Shown piece after piece: positions 63,501 through 64,000 of a DNA stretch of 64,000 nt (within the stretch, counting starts at the first letter, position 1; every line of letters starts with the position of its first letter). The stretch spans positions 1,364,001 to 1,428,000 of the forward strand of contig OZ024744.1 of the NCBI GenBank assembly GCA_964016885.1, read 5' to 3'. The notes under the pieces are model-generated. The model was not told where the DNA came from, made no database searches, and saw only the letters and a program-made list of their open reading frames with translations. Made by a program: the position numbers and the translations under genes. This stretch comes from Eledone cirrhosa (taxonomy: Eukaryota).

Positions 63501-64000
63501 AGCTATCTTTCTCTACCTTGTCTTCCCCCAAAACTTTGTTCTTCACCAAGCTATCTTTCTCTACCTTGTCTTCCCCCAAAACTTCGTTCTTCACCAAGCT
63601 ATCTTTCTCTACCTTGTCTTCCCCTAAAACTTCGTTCTTCACCAAGCTATCTTTCTCTAGCTTGTCTTCATACAAAACTTCGTTCTTCACCAAGCTATCT
63701 TTCTCTACCTTGTCTTCCCACAAAACGTCATTCTTCACCAAGCTATCTTTCTCTACCTTGTCTTCCGTCAAAACTTCGTTCTTCACCAAGCTATCTTTCT
63801 CTACCTTAACTTCCCTCAAACCTTCGTTCTTCACCAAGCTATCTTTCTCTACCTTGTCTTCCCCCAAAACTTCGTTCTTCACCAAGCTATCTTTCTCTAC
63901 ATTGTCTTCCCCAAAACTTCGTTCTTCACCAAGCTATCTTTCTCTACCTTGTCTTCCCCCAAAACTTCCTTGTTCACCAAGCTATCTTTCTCTACCTCGT

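Larger units (their letters stand above)
1..64000. repeat. 48-bp tandem satellite array (about 1,334 monomers, single orientation, extends beyond both window ends)
   Basis: The monomer TTCACCAAGCTATCTTTCTCTACCTTGTCTTCCCCCAAAACTTCGTTC recurs every 48 bp (47 bp at deletion variants) from base 1 to 64000, usually with 0-4 substitutions per copy. All ORF translations are 16-aa repeats. The monomer start TTCACC occurs at 1 and at 63973, and 63972 = 1334x48 - 60. Confidence 0.99.
38954..64000. repeat. Large dispersed duplication: about 38.95-47.65 kb repeated at about 53.39-64.0 kb (offsets 14437, 14341, 16692, 16404 and 16356 bp as monomer blocks are lost or gained)
   Basis: Matching ORFs 40537..42924/54878..57265 (795 aa), 42936..44441/59628..61133 (501 aa) and 45815..46282/62219..62686 (155 aa). 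Private SNPs CTTAACTTCCC (about 47449/63805), CTTTATCTCCC (about 44081/60773) and ACTTCTTTCTTC (about 40988/55329) are shared. Confidence 0.9.

Noticed and set aside
25-63809. Giant + strand ORFs (up to 2882 aa; SSPKTSFFTKLSFSTL / LRSSPSYLSLPCLPPK / QNFVLHQAIFLYLVFP repeats)
   Set aside because: The pyrimidine-rich consensus has no stop in any + frame, so all three frames are open and overlap. The ORFs switch peptide type at each 47-bp monomer, start at non-ATG codons and have no unique domain.
116-63885. Minus-strand E/K-rich ORFs as functional CDSs
   Set aside because: They are broken by about 59 frameshifting monomers and recurrent TAG alleles that were themselves amplified. There is no ATG start or unique N- or C-terminus, and the commonest variants are radical non-synonymous changes. 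Kept only as an origin hypothesis.
116-63920. 47-bp monomers as sequencing homopolymer errors or programmed frameshift sites
   Set aside because: They are linked to specific SNPs and recur at matching positions in duplicated blocks, so they are not random errors. With no evidence of translation, programmed frameshifting is unsupported.
1-64000. CRISPR array or variable-cassette system
   Set aside because: There are no unique spacers. The variable positions are a few recurring SNP alleles, the repeat is not palindromic, and no cas, recombinase or reverse-transcriptase gene is present.
1-64000. G-quadruplex, i-motif or triplex (H-DNA) potential
   Set aside because: There is only one G5/C5 run per 48 bp, often interrupted, so loops would be about 43 nt. 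Pure pyrimidine mirror tracts are only about 7-9 bp.
1-64000. Telomeric repeat, rDNA spacer, tRNA/5S-derived or transposon-derived sequence
   Set aside because: I found no canonical telomere motif array (CCCTAAAA appears only as an isolated SNP allele), no rRNA/tRNA similarity or Pol III boxes that I can recognise, and no terminal repeats, target-site duplications or TE coding sequence.

Overview
The whole 64,000-bp window is one uninterrupted head-to-tail tandem array (satellite DNA) of a 48-bp monomer, consensus TTCACCAAGCTATCTTTCTCTACCTTGTCTTCCCCCAAAACTTCGTTC (75% pyrimidine on the + strand, 44% GC). It runs off both ends of the window. Phase arithmetic gives about 1,334 full monomers plus a 28-bp partial, with a net loss of 60 bp. 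That matches my manual tally of 59 shortened monomers (58 of 47 bp, one of 46 bp). I saw no unique sequence, inversion, transposon, RNA gene or credible protein-coding gene. All the long ORFs follow from a stop-poor monomer whose length is divisible by 3. The structure of interest lies inside the array: recurrent 47-bp marker monomers, two interleaved higher-order cassettes of about 23-28 monomers, nested tandem duplications of about 1-3 kb, a 14-17 kb-offset duplication whose events can be ordered by private SNPs, a domain boundary near 11-12 kb, stepwise variant lineages along the array, and CpG-decay signatures. I cannot identify the organism or the satellite family, and the sequence does not support a new gene-encoded system here. 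Duplication boundaries were read by eye and are approximate.
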